Shown here: positions 19,577 to 29,274 of the stretch, piece by piece
Position numbering within the stretch: the first letter of the stretch is position 1
How the letters are laid out: each line of letters opens with the position of its first letter
Source: a bacterium
GTDB lineage: Bacteria > UBA8248
NCBI GenBank assembly: GCA_965221165.1
Contig: CBDCRP010000003.1
Coordinates: 1,568,001 to 1,632,000 of the forward strand
Length of the DNA: 64,000 nucleotides
Direction: 5' to 3'
Translations under genes and position numbers: made by a program
Notes under the pieces: generated by a model
Database searches by the model: none
Seen by the model: only the letters and a program-made list of their open reading frames with translations
Told to the model about the DNA's origin: nothing

Positions 19577-20425
19577 GTGAATCCGAGTCTCAAAGACGCG
19601 AAAATGCCCGAAACGCTCGATGGATGGGCGATTCTGCACCACATATTCAAGGTGAATTGGCCCACCTGGAACCACTTGGAGAGCGCTCGGAAACACAGCA
19701 TCCTGGATGAAGCGACTGAATACTTCGCATCCATCGCCCGGCCCGAATCAGGAGAAAGCGCCCTTTTCAGCCTATTGGGCCACAAAGGAGATTTACTGTT
19801 TCTTCATTTCAGACCCACGCTCGATGCGCTCAATGAAGTCGAACTCGGTCTACGGCGGCTGGCGCTGGCCGAATATATGGATGAAACGACATCCTACCTC
19901 TCGTTCCTGGAACTCGGCCTCTACGAAATGACCGTGAAACTCCACGCCCAGTTCGTGGATGAGGGTCATGAGCCGGGAAGCGAGGACTGGAAGTCGAAGT
20001 GGTCCGAAGAAATGGACAACCAGCGCGAGCGTATGAAAGAGCGCCTCTACATGGATATCCCCAAAACGAGATATTTGTGTTTTTACCCGATGAACAAGCG
20101 CAGGGGCGAGGAGAAGAACTGGTACGGCCTGCCCATAGAAGAGCGCCAGCAAATGATGCGCGAACACGGTTTCGTCGGCAGGCGATACGCCGGCCGTGTG
20201 CAGCAAATCATCACGGGCAGCATCGGCTTCGACGACTGGGAGTGGGGAGTATATCTGTTCTCGCAAGACCCGCTCGTCTTCAAGCGCCTCGTATATGAAA
20301 TGCGCTTCGATGAGACCAGCGTCTGGTATGGGGAGTTCGGGCCCTTCTACGCCGGTTTGCGCGTCATGCCGCACCATCTAAAAAACATATTTCACGGCAA
20401 AGTCCCCCCACTCGAAGCGCCGTAG
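19577..20425 (+). CDS. chdC: Coproheme decarboxylase / chlorite dismutase-like heme protein
   Basis: CFYPMNKRR..NWY, HG..GRRYAG, GSIGFDDWEWGV, YEMRFDE. Confidence 0.85.
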   Translation: MNPSLKDAKMPETLDGWAILHHIFKVNWPTWNHLESARKHSILDEATEYFASIARPESGESALFSLLGHKGDLLFLHFRPTLDALNEVELGLRRLALAEYMDETTSYLSFLELGLYEMTVKLHAQFVDEGHEPGSEDWKSKWSEEMDNQRERMKERLYMDIPKTRYLCFYPMNKRRGEEKNWYGLPIEERQQMMREHGFVGRRYAGRVQQIITGSIGFDDWEWGVYLFSQDPLVFKRLVYEMRFDETSVWYGEFGPFYAGLRVMPHHLKNIFHGKVPPLEAP

Positions 20426-20443
20426 AACAGCAATCGACCTCTC

Positions 20444-21304
20444 ATGGCGAACATTCTCATCCTGGGATGCGGTTATGTCGGCGTGGCGCTCGGCGCAGCG
20501 CTCGGCGAGGATGGACATCTCGTCTGGGGCATGCGCAGAAATCCGGAAAATCTGCCCGAAGCTATCAAACCGCTCGCAGCCGACGTCCACGATAAAGACC
20601 TGAGCGATTTCCTCCCTGAGGGGCTCGATTTCATCTTCTACACCCTCTCCTCGGGCGGCGGTGGCGAGGCCGGCTACCAGGCGGCATACGCGGATGGCCC
20701 CCAAAACCTCATCAAAGCGCTCGATATGAAAGGAGAAAAGCCTAAACGAATTTTCTTCACTTCGAGCACGGCCGTCTACCCGCAAACCGACGGCGGCTGG
20801 GTGGACGAGGAATCGCCCACACAACCCACATATTACTCGGGCCGCATTCTGCTGGAGGGTGAACGTGCCTTCTTGAGCAGCGACCATCCTGCCACTATCC
20901 TGCGGCTTGCCGGTATTTACGGCCCGAATCGCACGCGCTTGATAGACTCCGTCCGGGCGGGCCGGGCCGAGCACCACACAGGCCCCCCGCGCTTCACGAA
21001 CCGAATCCACCGGGATGACTGCGCGGGAACCCTCATCCATCTCATGAAGATGGCCACACCGGATGAGATATACATCGGCGTCGATGATGAGCCTGCGGAC
21101 CGCCGTGCCGTGCTGAATTGGCTGGCGGAGCAGCTAGGCGTTCCGCATCCTCGTGAGACCAAAACCTCTGAAGCCGAGTCCGCGCGCGCAATGACAAACA
21201 AGAGATGCTCGAACGCCAGACTCAAAGCAACCGGATATCGGTTTGTCTACCCATCGTATCGAGAGGGCTACGCCGAAATGATTGCAGACGGAAAAACCGC
21301 GTAA
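20444..21304 (+). CDS. SDR-family NAD(P)-dependent epimerase/dehydratase-like protein
   Basis: GCGYVG, TSSTAVY, LRLAGIYGP, NRIHRDD. Confidence 0.85.
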   Translation: MANILILGCGYVGVALGAALGEDGHLVWGMRRNPENLPEAIKPLAADVHDKDLSDFLPEGLDFIFYTLSSGGGGEAGYQAAYADGPQNLIKALDMKGEKPKRIFFTSSTAVYPQTDGGWVDEESPTQPTYYSGRILLEGERAFLSSDHPATILRLAGIYGPNRTRLIDSVRAGRAEHHTGPPRFTNRIHRDDCAGTLIHLMKMATPDEIYIGVDDEPADRRAVLNWLAEQLGVPHPRETKTSEAESARAMTNKRCSNARLKATGYRFVYPSYREGYAEMIADGKTA

Positions 21305-21316
21305 ATAACCAGAAAA

Positions 21317-22012
21317 TCAACCATCCAGAAGCATCCGCAACTCTTTTCTCAACTTTTTCACGGAATCGGCGTCGTCGCTGTGGTAATAGCCCCGGATGTT
21401 GAAGTTCCTGTCGATGAGCACGAAACGCGAACTATGCGAAATCAGGACTTCCTGCGTGCGCCCCTCCCCCTGATGTCCAGGATGATGGGCGTGCGCGCCG
21501 GGGAGCAGAAACCGAAAAACCCGCTCATAAATGGAACCCACAGGACGCATGGCTTGTTTGGTCGCATAGCTCAGGCGAAAGCCCTTGAGCGCTAGGTTTT
21601 TAATTTCATTCGCCTCGCCTGTGAGGAAAAACCAACGCTCTGTGTCCGCCCCGAATTTGCGCGCATAGGCCGCCAGGAGGGACGCCTTATCATTCTCGGG
21701 GTCCGTGGTGATGGAGAGTTGGCGGAAATCCTCGTGCGCGGAAAACGCCTGCTGAAGCCGCCGCATCTCGGTCGTCTGGAGGGGGCAGGTATCCTCACAC
21801 CGCGTGTAGATGAAGTCCGCCACCCAGACTTTCCCGCGCAGGCGCTCTCTCGTGAAGCTGCGGCCCGATGCATCAACCAATTCAAAATAGGGTAGTTGCG
21901 AATAGATGGGCAGGCTTTGAAAAAAATGCCGCTCGACCCAGCGCCAGCCGGGCGCACCGGCCAGCAAGGCCAGAACGCCCAGGGTTGCCACCAGAATCAC
22001 GCGCCGCGCCAT
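21317..22012 (-). CDS. SCO/SenC copper chaperone
   Basis: FIYTRCEDTCP (CxxxC), TDPEND, HSSRFVLID; His-rich loop HAHHPGH. Confidence 0.85.
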   Translation of the reverse strand: MARRVILVATLGVLALLAGAPGWRWVERHFFQSLPIYSQLPYFELVDASGRSFTRERLRGKVWVADFIYTRCEDTCPLQTTEMRRLQQAFSAHEDFRQLSITTDPENDKASLLAAYARKFGADTERWFFLTGEANEIKNLALKGFRLSYATKQAMRPVGSIYERVFRFLLPGAHAHHPGHQGEGRTQEVLISHSSRFVLIDRNFNIRGYYHSDDADSVKKLRKELRMLLDG

Positions 22013-22231
22013 TCCCTCTTCCTCACGAAAACCAGAGAAATCCAACCGCGCGCATTCTGGCAAAACACGCGCGCCCATGCAAAGCCCGCCGGGGCGGATT
22101 TCCGCCTTTTACACCGCCAAAAGCCTTCATTTATTTTTCGAAAAAAGTCGTGAATTTATCGGATTTCATCGCCATCCCCCGCGCCCTGAAACCCCGCATG
22201 GGGGGATCGCCTCCAATTCGCCCCGAATCGA

Positions 22232-22407
22232 CATAACACTTTTAATATCAACAGGATAAATTTTCACTTATTTTCAGATATTTTCCCTATTTTTCACCTT
22301 ATTTCACTTATTTTCAGAAATCCCCGAAGCTCCCGAAAAGCCCGAGCCGCTCCGCCGCCATACCCGAATCCCCCGTGCGCGAGAGCGGAAAATGCGGGGA
22401 AATGCGG
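22232..22407 (+). repeat. Dispersed ~175-bp element, copy 2
   Basis: TATCAACAGGATA, then six ~10-bp TTTTCACTTA-like units, ending GCGGAAAATGCGGGGAAATGCGG. Confidence 0.6.
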
Positions 22408-22671
22408 TCGCATTGTCGGTATGAACTTCCCGGCCCGACACAAATACTGAAAATGGTTGCAAGTCGCAGACAGGCATCGAGCGGTTGTATTACAGAACCA
22501 TAAAATCGACAGTCCTTTATGCAGGTCGATTCGAGTGGCGGGTCCGCTAAAATCGGAGGCGGAATACGGGGTCTCCCGTGCCGGGGATTGCGATTTCCTC
22601 TCGATTCACCACACTCAGGGAGCACCCGGCGCGCCGAATCCACGAATCCTCGAAAACCAGGAGCAGGAACG

Positions 22672-23271
22672 TTGACCAACGCCGATTCGAAAGCGGGGCC
22701 GCTCCTTCGCGCCGCCCGCGAAGTTGACCTGCCCGCTATCCGGAAGATATACGCCCACCATTTGCTGCATGGGCCGGCCTCGTTCGAGGAGATCAAATCC
22801 GACTGATGAAGGAGGATTTGCCGACTGATGAAGGAGGGGCTGCAACTGAGGAAGGAGTGATGGGAGATTCGCCGCCGCTTCCGCGCCGTCAGAGCGAAAG
22901 AACTCCCCTATCTCGTGGCGGAGATCGAAGGCGCCGTCCGGGCCTACGCCTATGCGGCGCCCTACCACCACCGGCCGGCATACCGCCACGCCGTCGAAAA
23001 TTCGGTCTACGTCGACCGGAGCGCCGCGCGCCGGGGCCTCGGCGGCGCGCTCCTCGCCTCGCTAATCGATTCATGCGCCGAAAAGGGCTTGCGCCAGATG
23101 GTCGCGGTCATCGGCGACGGCGCGAATGCGGCCTCGATCAAGCTGCACGAGCGCGCCGGATTTCGATTCGTCGGCGCTCTTGAGTCCATCGGCTTCAAGC
23201 ACGGCCAGTGGCTCGACTGCGTGATCATGCAGCGCGCCTTGAGCGAGGGCGGCGGTACGCCGCCTTCCTGA
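22672..23271 (+). pseudogene. GNAT phosphinothricin-acetyltransferase-like gene disrupted by a short insertion
   Basis: N-part LRAAREVDLPAIRKIYAHH..ASFEEI stops at 22806; C-part YLVAE..AYRHAVENSVYV..GFKHGQWLD resumes after about 22863. Confidence 0.75.
22793..22857 (+). repeat. 27-bp inverted-repeat unit plus partial tandem copies
   Basis: CAAATCC-GACTGATGAAGGA-GGATTTG then CCGACTGATGAAGGAGG; related copies at 51975 and 53498. Confidence 0.65.
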
Positions 23272-23396
23272 ATCGCGGGTCGCGGGGCATCAAGCGGCTA
23301 CGATAAAGCCTGTCTCGCCACGCTGCCATACGGAGTGAAGCCTCTGCGCCTATGAGAGGGGGCGCTGAGAAAGCCGCCTCTTCATTCACATACGCA

Positions 23397-24425
23397 TCAA
23401 CGGCGTCTTGCCCGAGCGATCATTTGCTTCACATGCTCGGTTGCTCCGACGTCAATGATTTCTACTCGGGGATGCGCGTTTTTGTAGACCCTGAAAATTT
23501 CATCCGCGAAAGCCTGTCCGATTCTTCTGATCCCCTTGAAATCGAGGAGGACTTCCCTGAAGCCATCGAGGCGCATCAACAATCTCTTCGCCTGGGAGCG
23601 GGAAATAAGCTCTTCTCCTTCATACAATAGAAGCTGAAGAGGAACATGGGTCCTGGAAAAATCGAGGCCCTCCTCTCCGGCGGCGAATTTCTCGAAAATT
23701 TCCAGCGACGTTCTTCGGGTCTTTGATTTTATTTCCAACCTGATTATGGTTCCTTGAAGGCTCTCTCCCTCCGATGTTTCAATCAGCCAGTCATCTTCAT
23801 CGTTTTCACGGATAAAACAAAGGGTTCCCGAGACGATGGAAAACTTGTCGAACATTCGCGAAGTATAAAATATGCCTTCTCCGGTATGCCTCTCCTCGTC
23901 CGTCGTGAGTTTCCCCTTCGATAGCTCCAAAAGAGCGTGGCGGGGATCATGCAAGCCGAACTCCGCCTGAATCTTCTTGAAAATTCCAACGCCTGCGTCT
24001 ATCACGTCAATCATGATGTTCGTTGCGGTTCGAGACAGGTGAACCAGGACTTTCTCCGATTCTGAATGGTCAATCACATTGTTGAGCATTTCCGTAAAAC
24101 CGTAATAACAAATGTCATAAATGTTTTCAGAAAGATCTTTCAGATGGGGCGCCGCATTTTCACGCCAAACGCGGTCTTCCTCAATTTCATCGACCTTGAA
24201 CCTCCAACTCTCATCAAGGATTTTTCGCAAAGAATACCTGCGCGCGCTCGTTGAACCGCTCGCTTCCAGAAAACCACCATCAACGAGCGATCTCAAGTGT
24301 TTGCTGACGGCGGATCTGGAAACCTGAAATTTCTCGAACGTAACCCTGGCAATGTCCTGTGGGTGCTCTTCGACACTGTCGAGGATATATTCTCTTATTT
24401 CCTTGGTTTGCCTAACTTTTAGCAT
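23397..24425 (-). CDS. HTH + HATPase-like + STAS-like (DUF4325) protein
   Basis: VSRSAVSKHL HTH; EMLNNVIDHS, DAGVGI, GEGIF; SRSQAKRLL..LDFKGI..GQAFADEIFRV. Confidence 0.8.
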   Translation of the reverse strand: MLKVRQTKEIREYILDSVEEHPQDIARVTFEKFQVSRSAVSKHLRSLVDGGFLEASGSTSARRYSLRKILDESWRFKVDEIEEDRVWRENAAPHLKDLSENIYDICYYGFTEMLNNVIDHSESEKVLVHLSRTATNIMIDVIDAGVGIFKKIQAEFGLHDPRHALLELSKGKLTTDEERHTGEGIFYTSRMFDKFSIVSGTLCFIRENDEDDWLIETSEGESLQGTIIRLEIKSKTRRTSLEIFEKFAAGEEGLDFSRTHVPLQLLLYEGEELISRSQAKRLLMRLDGFREVLLDFKGIRRIGQAFADEIFRVYKNAHPRVEIIDVGATEHVKQMIARARRR

Positions 24426-24580
24426 GCATAACAACCTTTCTGCAACTTTTTTGCTATATTTCACAACTTAACTTAGATAACTATATACTTTCTCCTTTCT
24501 ATTTTACAACTTTTTCTTCATTTTTACAACTTTTTTGTTTGACAAAACCGGGACTACATACTAAGGGAGACTGACAATTC

Positions 24581-24643
24581 ACGTTCGAGTGGAGCGAAGA
24601 CGACGACGCGGCTCTCCGCGTCGACCTGGAGGATTATCACTGA
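24581..24643 (+). pseudogene. HigB/RelE toxin C-terminal remnant
   Basis: TFEWSEDDDAALRVDLEDYH* with the typical DYH end; TGA overlaps the higA ATG. Confidence 0.65.
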
Positions 24644-24996
24644 TGAGCAAGAAAGAACTCCCCGCCGGCGTGCGCGGAATGCGGGCCTCCCACCCGGGTG
24701 AAGCCTGGAGCATCATACTCAAGGAGGGGCTCCGGCTGAGCGTCACCGAAACGGCAAAACGCATGGGGGTCTCCCGGCAGCGGCTACACGCCGTCATCCG
24801 TGAGAAGGGCCCTGAGCGTGTCACGCCGAACCTGGCGCTTCGTTTCACCCGGCTGTGCGGCAAGGACGACGAGACGGCGGAGTTATGGCTGCGCATGCAA
24901 ATGGCCTATGACCTGGAAGCGGCCAAGCGTGAACTCGCCGACACCCTGCCGAAAATCAAACCGGCGAGTCCGCCGAAAGACGCCGTCTCCGCCTGA
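24643..24996 (+). CDS. higA: HigA-family antitoxin
   Basis: HPGE..LSVTETAKRMGVSRQRL..VTPNLALR..AELWLRMQMAYDL. Confidence 0.85.
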   Translation: MSKKELPAGVRGMRASHPGEAWSIILKEGLRLSVTETAKRMGVSRQRLHAVIREKGPERVTPNLALRFTRLCGKDDETAELWLRMQMAYDLEAAKRELADTLPKIKPASPPKDAVSA

Positions 24997-25029
24997 AAAA
25001 TCCAGGAGCGCACTCCGCGCTCTCCCCCC

Positions 25030-26652
25030 TCAATCGCCGAGAAGAGGCTTCGCGACCTCTCGCGCTTGGTCCAGGTTTTCGACGATTCGCTCCGGCGGCA
25101 CCTCCCGCAGAACGTCGAGGGCATCCAGGGTCTCCGCGACATCGCCCGAAAGCCCTATCACGATGGACTCGGTCTCCTCCTCGGTGGCGACGTCGATGAG
25201 TTGCTTGATGACCATGGCGGCGCTGTCGTCGATGTAGGTGGCGCCCGAGAAATCGAAGATGACGACCTCGTGATCCTTGATGTCCAGGCTTATCGTCCGG
25301 ACCAGTTTCTTGGACGACGCGACGGTGAAGCTGCCCCGGAGCGCCACCATGCCGACCCGCGCCGCAAACGGATCCGCCCCCTCGACTTCCTCCCCTTCGA
25401 AGAGGAACATCTGGTCCAGCAGCGGCACGGAGACCACGCTGTCGAGTTCCAGGTTTTCGAGCTGTCCCGCGTGGGCCAGACCCGCGACGATGAGGCCTAT
25501 CGCCACGGCGCTTATCAAGTCGACGAACACCGTGAGGCACAGCGTCGTCAGCAGGACGAAAAGATGTTCGCGCCGGATGCGGTGGAGGCGGGTGAGAAGA
25601 CGCCAGTCGATAATGTCCCAGCCGACCTTTATCAAAACGCCCGCGAGAGCGGCGAGAGGAATCGACTCGACGTATGGCCCGAGACCCAGCAGGAGCGCCA
25701 GCAAGAGCAGCGCGAATATCGCGCCCGCCGCCCGGGTCCGCCCGCCGGAGCGTATGTTCGGCACCGTGTACACCGGTGTCCCGGCGCCGGGCAGTCCGCC
25801 GATGAGGCCCGCCGCCGCGTTGCCCACGCCCTGGCCGATGAGTTCGCGATCCGGGTCGTGGCTCGTGCGGGTCATCGAGTCGGCCACGAGGCAGGTGAGC
25901 AAACTCACCACCGATCCGATGAGCGCGAGAATGAGCGCGGGCTCCACGGCGCGCGCCAGGAAAACCGGCGAGGGCAGCCCGAGTTGCAGCCCCGGCAGGC
26001 CGGTCGGCACCTCCCCGATGACGGGCGCTTCGTTCAGCCACAAGACGCCGATGAGCGTGCCGGCGATCAGCCCTACGAGGGGAGTCGGCAGGATTTTCCG
26101 GAACCGGTGAGGCCAGAAGACCGCGACGCCGAGCGTGACGACGCCGACCCCTAAGGCGCTCGGGTTGACGTTGCCCAGCGTCTTCGGCAGCGCAAAAATC
26201 ATGCCCACGGCGCCGCCGGGCACGGGCGCCGAACCGAAAAAGGGCAGGACCTGAATCGCCATCACGAGGACGCCGATGCCGGACATGAAGCCCGAGACGA
26301 CCATATATGGCGTGTAGGCCACGAAGCGGCCGAGCTTCAACACGCCCAGAAGCGCCTGGAAGAGTCCGCCGAGGACGACCACCGTCAGGGCTTCGGTGAG
26401 ATTCTCCGCGTAGTTGGTGATGATGACCGCCATGACGATGGCCATCGGCGCGGTGGGGCCGGAAATCTGGGTCGCCGTGCCACCGAAGACGGCCGAGAAA
26501 AAGCCCACCGCTATCGCGCCGTACAGACCCGCCGCCGCGCCCATTCCAGACGCCACGCCGTAGGCCAGCGAGAGCGGCAAGGCCACCACCATGGCGGTGA
26601 CGCCGCCGAAAACATCCCCGCGAAGCGTATTGAAATCGTATTTCAATTTCAC
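25030..26652 (-). CDS. SulP-family anion transporter with STAS domain
   Basis: GDVFGGVTAMVVALPLSLAYG, QISGPTAPM, RELIGQG, C-terminal STAS. Confidence 0.9.
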   Translation of the reverse strand: MKLKYDFNTLRGDVFGGVTAMVVALPLSLAYGVASGMGAAAGLYGAIAVGFFSAVFGGTATQISGPTAPMAIVMAVIITNYAENLTEALTVVVLGGLFQALLGVLKLGRFVAYTPYMVVSGFMSGIGVLVMAIQVLPFFGSAPVPGGAVGMIFALPKTLGNVNPSALGVGVVTLGVAVFWPHRFRKILPTPLVGLIAGTLIGVLWLNEAPVIGEVPTGLPGLQLGLPSPVFLARAVEPALILALIGSVVSLLTCLVADSMTRTSHDPDRELIGQGVGNAAAGLIGGLPGAGTPVYTVPNIRSGGRTRAAGAIFALLLLALLLGLGPYVESIPLAALAGVLIKVGWDIIDWRLLTRLHRIRREHLFVLLTTLCLTVFVDLISAVAIGLIVAGLAHAGQLENLELDSVVSVPLLDQMFLFEGEEVEGADPFAARVGMVALRGSFTVASSKKLVRTISLDIKDHEVVIFDFSGATYIDDSAAMVIKQLIDVATEEETESIVIGLSGDVAETLDALDVLREVPPERIVENLDQAREVAKPLLGD

Positions 26653-26921
26653 GCGACAATGCCCCTTCGCGCCCTCTTGCAGGCACTATCATGGTGAGCG
26701 CATGGTCGTTCACTCACACCATATCAAATCCCCGTACATCGCGCATGGGAGACGAAGGCGTCACCATCGGGTCTCTTCCTCAAACGCTCCCGTTCAGCCG
26801 AAAGGGATTTTCCCTGCTTTTCAGCCCAACTCGCCTTCCCTTCCCCGAATTCGCCATTTGATGGTATGAATGGCGGCGGCTTCATTATCAAACTATTCTC
26901 CCACCCGGGAATTCGCATGGC

Positions 26922-28109
26922 ATGAACATCAACGCCAACATCCTCATCATCGCGTCGAGCCATTCGGTGAACTCGGTCTACAACCGGATGCTGACGCCCA
27001 TCCTCCCGCTCATCATGGCGGATTTCGGCCTGAACTACGCGCAGACGGGTCTCATCGCCTCCGTCTACGCCCTCTCGAGCAGCCTGTTTCAGTTGCCCAT
27101 CTCCTTTCTGGGCGATTTCACGGGAAGAAAGCGCCTCATTCTGGGCCTCTCTCTCCTGTTCAACGCCCTGCCCGCCTGGTTCTACGGCTATTCGACCACT
27201 TACGCGGCCCTGCTCACCTTCGTCTTCCTGAGCGGGCTGGGCTGTTCGGCCTATCACCCCGCCGCGGTCTCGATGATCGCCCGCGAAAGCCCCCGAAACC
27301 GCGGCCTCGCCATGGGGCTTTTCAAGGCGGGCGGTGATTTCGGCAGCATTCTGACTCCGGTGGCCATGGGCTGGCTCACGGTTCACCTCGCGAGTTGGCA
27401 GGCCGCATCACAGTATTTCGTGCTGCCGGGCGTCGCGTGCGCGCTCCTCATCTGGCTGAGATTCCAGGATACGCCCAGTGAGCGAACCTCGATGGCGAAA
27501 GAGGCGAAATCCACGTTCGGCGAGTTGTTCGGCGATAAGTTCATGATTCTCATGACCCTGCTTTCCTCCAGCCGGGTGATGGGCCTGCGCGGCATCATGA
27601 CGTTCCTCCCCCTTCTGCTGGCCGAAGGACTGGGCCTCGGCACCATCGAGGTGGGCTGGGCGATCACGGGCTATTTTCTGGTCGGCACGGTCTTCGCCGT
27701 CTTGTGGGGGAAATACACCGACGGGAAGAACGAGACGCGCATCATCCTCCTGATGATGGCGACGAGCGCGCTCGCCCTCGCGTTTTTGTCACGCGCCGAA
27801 TCGATGATTATCTCCCTGGGCCTGCTCGCGCTTCTGGGCGCGTGCCTCAATCCCTCCCAGAGCCTCATGCTCACCCTCACCACCGGCGTGGTTCGCGAGA
27901 AGAACCGCACGAGCGCCATCGGCCTCATGTATACCGCGAACGAGGCGGCCTCGGTCGCGTCGCCCTTCCTGGGGGGACTCATCGCCCAGGCGGTGGGCTT
28001 GAGGGAATCGTTTCTCTTCTACTCCCTGCTCTGCCTCATCGCCACGAGCATCGCCTGGCTCATTCACATGGAGCAGAAAAGGCGCGCTCGGGCGAGCGCC
28101 GCCGCCTAG
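26922..28109 (+). CDS. MFS transporter (Fsr-like)
   Basis: About 12 hydrophobic segments, GDFTGRK motif A, AYHP. Confidence 0.85.
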   Translation: MNINANILIIASSHSVNSVYNRMLTPILPLIMADFGLNYAQTGLIASVYALSSSLFQLPISFLGDFTGRKRLILGLSLLFNALPAWFYGYSTTYAALLTFVFLSGLGCSAYHPAAVSMIARESPRNRGLAMGLFKAGGDFGSILTPVAMGWLTVHLASWQAASQYFVLPGVACALLIWLRFQDTPSERTSMAKEAKSTFGELFGDKFMILMTLLSSSRVMGLRGIMTFLPLLLAEGLGLGTIEVGWAITGYFLVGTVFAVLWGKYTDGKNETRIILLMMATSALALAFLSRAESMIISLGLLALLGACLNPSQSLMLTLTTGVVREKNRTSAIGLMYTANEAASVASPFLGGLIAQAVGLRESFLFYSLLCLIATSIAWLIHMEQKRRARASAAA

Positions 28110-28296
28110 GGTCTCTTGCGCGCGGACGCCGCCTTCACGGACAAGGGGAGTCGGTGCCGTTTTCCACCATCAAAGGGCTGGAATTATTTACATGATGGCG
28201 CTGTTTTTATAGACTGGGGGAAAATCAGCCGACCAGTTCAACCGGGCCGACAGGCCTGTGATACGAAAACGAGCGGAAAAGGAGGAGTTCATCACG

Positions 28297-29205
28297 ATGA
28301 GCACGAAAAATGCACTCGATAGTCTGGAGGTAGTGCCGACGGGAGGCGCTTTGGGCGCGGAGATCAGAGGGGTCGACCTGTCCCAACCCATGCCCGAGGA
28401 GGTGGCCGACGCCCTCAGGGACGCATGGACGGAGCATCTCGTTCTGCTTTTTCGGGATCAGGAGATGAGCGAGGAGCAGCACCTGGACGCCACGCGCATC
28501 TTCGGCGAGGCCGTGGCGCCCGCCGCCAAGGCCTTCTACGACAAGGCGGGAAAAGAACAGACCTGGGCGGCCAAGTATGCCGAAATCACCGTCGTCCACA
28601 ATCTCGATGAAAACGGAAATCCCGTGCAGCAGAACGAAAGCCTCGGGAGCGGCGAGGTCGTCTGGCACAACGATAACTCCTACGCCGAAAAACCGCCTGC
28701 GGGCAGCATGCTCTACGGGCGGAGGCTGCCTCCATCGGGCGGGAACACGTGTTTCAGCAACCAGTACACGGCTTATGAGACCCTGCCCGAGGATGTGAAA
28801 CGGAAAATCGAGGGCAAAACCGCCGTGCACGATGCGAGCAGAAACTCCGCGGGCACGCTGAGGCCGGGCGTCAAGCTGCCGACGAAGCCATCCGAGGTGC
28901 CGGGGCCGCATCATCCCCTCGTGTGCACGCACCCCGAATCGGGAAGACGCGCGCTCTATCTCGGCCGCAGGCGGGATTATCCCTCCCAGTACATCGACGA
29001 CATGGAAGAGCAGGAGAGCGAGGCGCTTCTCGATTTCCTCTGGGAACACGCCTGTAGGGATGAACTCGTCTGGGCGCACGTCTGGCGGCTCGGCGACGTG
29101 CTGTTGTGGGATAACCGCTGCACCATGCACTACCGCGAGCCCCATGCGGGCACGCATCCGCGCCTGATGCACCGCACCCAGATCCAGGGCGCGCAGCCAG
29201 TGTAG
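28297..29205 (+). CDS. TauD/TfdA-family 2-oxoglutarate-dependent dioxygenase
   Basis: LGAEIRGVDL, WHNDNSY (HxD), WDNRCTMHYR. Confidence 0.9.
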   Translation: MSTKNALDSLEVVPTGGALGAEIRGVDLSQPMPEEVADALRDAWTEHLVLLFRDQEMSEEQHLDATRIFGEAVAPAAKAFYDKAGKEQTWAAKYAEITVVHNLDENGNPVQQNESLGSGEVVWHNDNSYAEKPPAGSMLYGRRLPPSGGNTCFSNQYTAYETLPEDVKRKIEGKTAVHDASRNSAGTLRPGVKLPTKPSEVPGPHHPLVCTHPESGRRALYLGRRRDYPSQYIDDMEEQESEALLDFLWEHACRDELVWAHVWRLGDVLLWDNRCTMHYREPHAGTHPRLMHRTQIQGAQPV

Positions 29206-29274
29206 GTTTCGGGGCGGAACGCGGCGCAATTCAAACAGGCCTCAGGGTTTAAGTTAGGAAGAAGAGGAATACAG

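Noticed and set aside
22261-22320. Possible CRISPR array or leader
   Set aside because: Units are about 10 bp and contiguous with no spacers; no cas genes in the window
22801-22840. CTGATGA as a hammerhead ribozyme core
   Set aside because: No properly placed GAAA or stems, and the other copies read CCGATGA and CTGATAA
24956-26713. Long alternative-frame and antisense ORFs (also 1787-3163, 39807-41276, 45062-46597, 52145-53242, 58624-59832)
   Set aside because: Shadows of well-supported genes in GC-rich DNA, with no recognisable motifs
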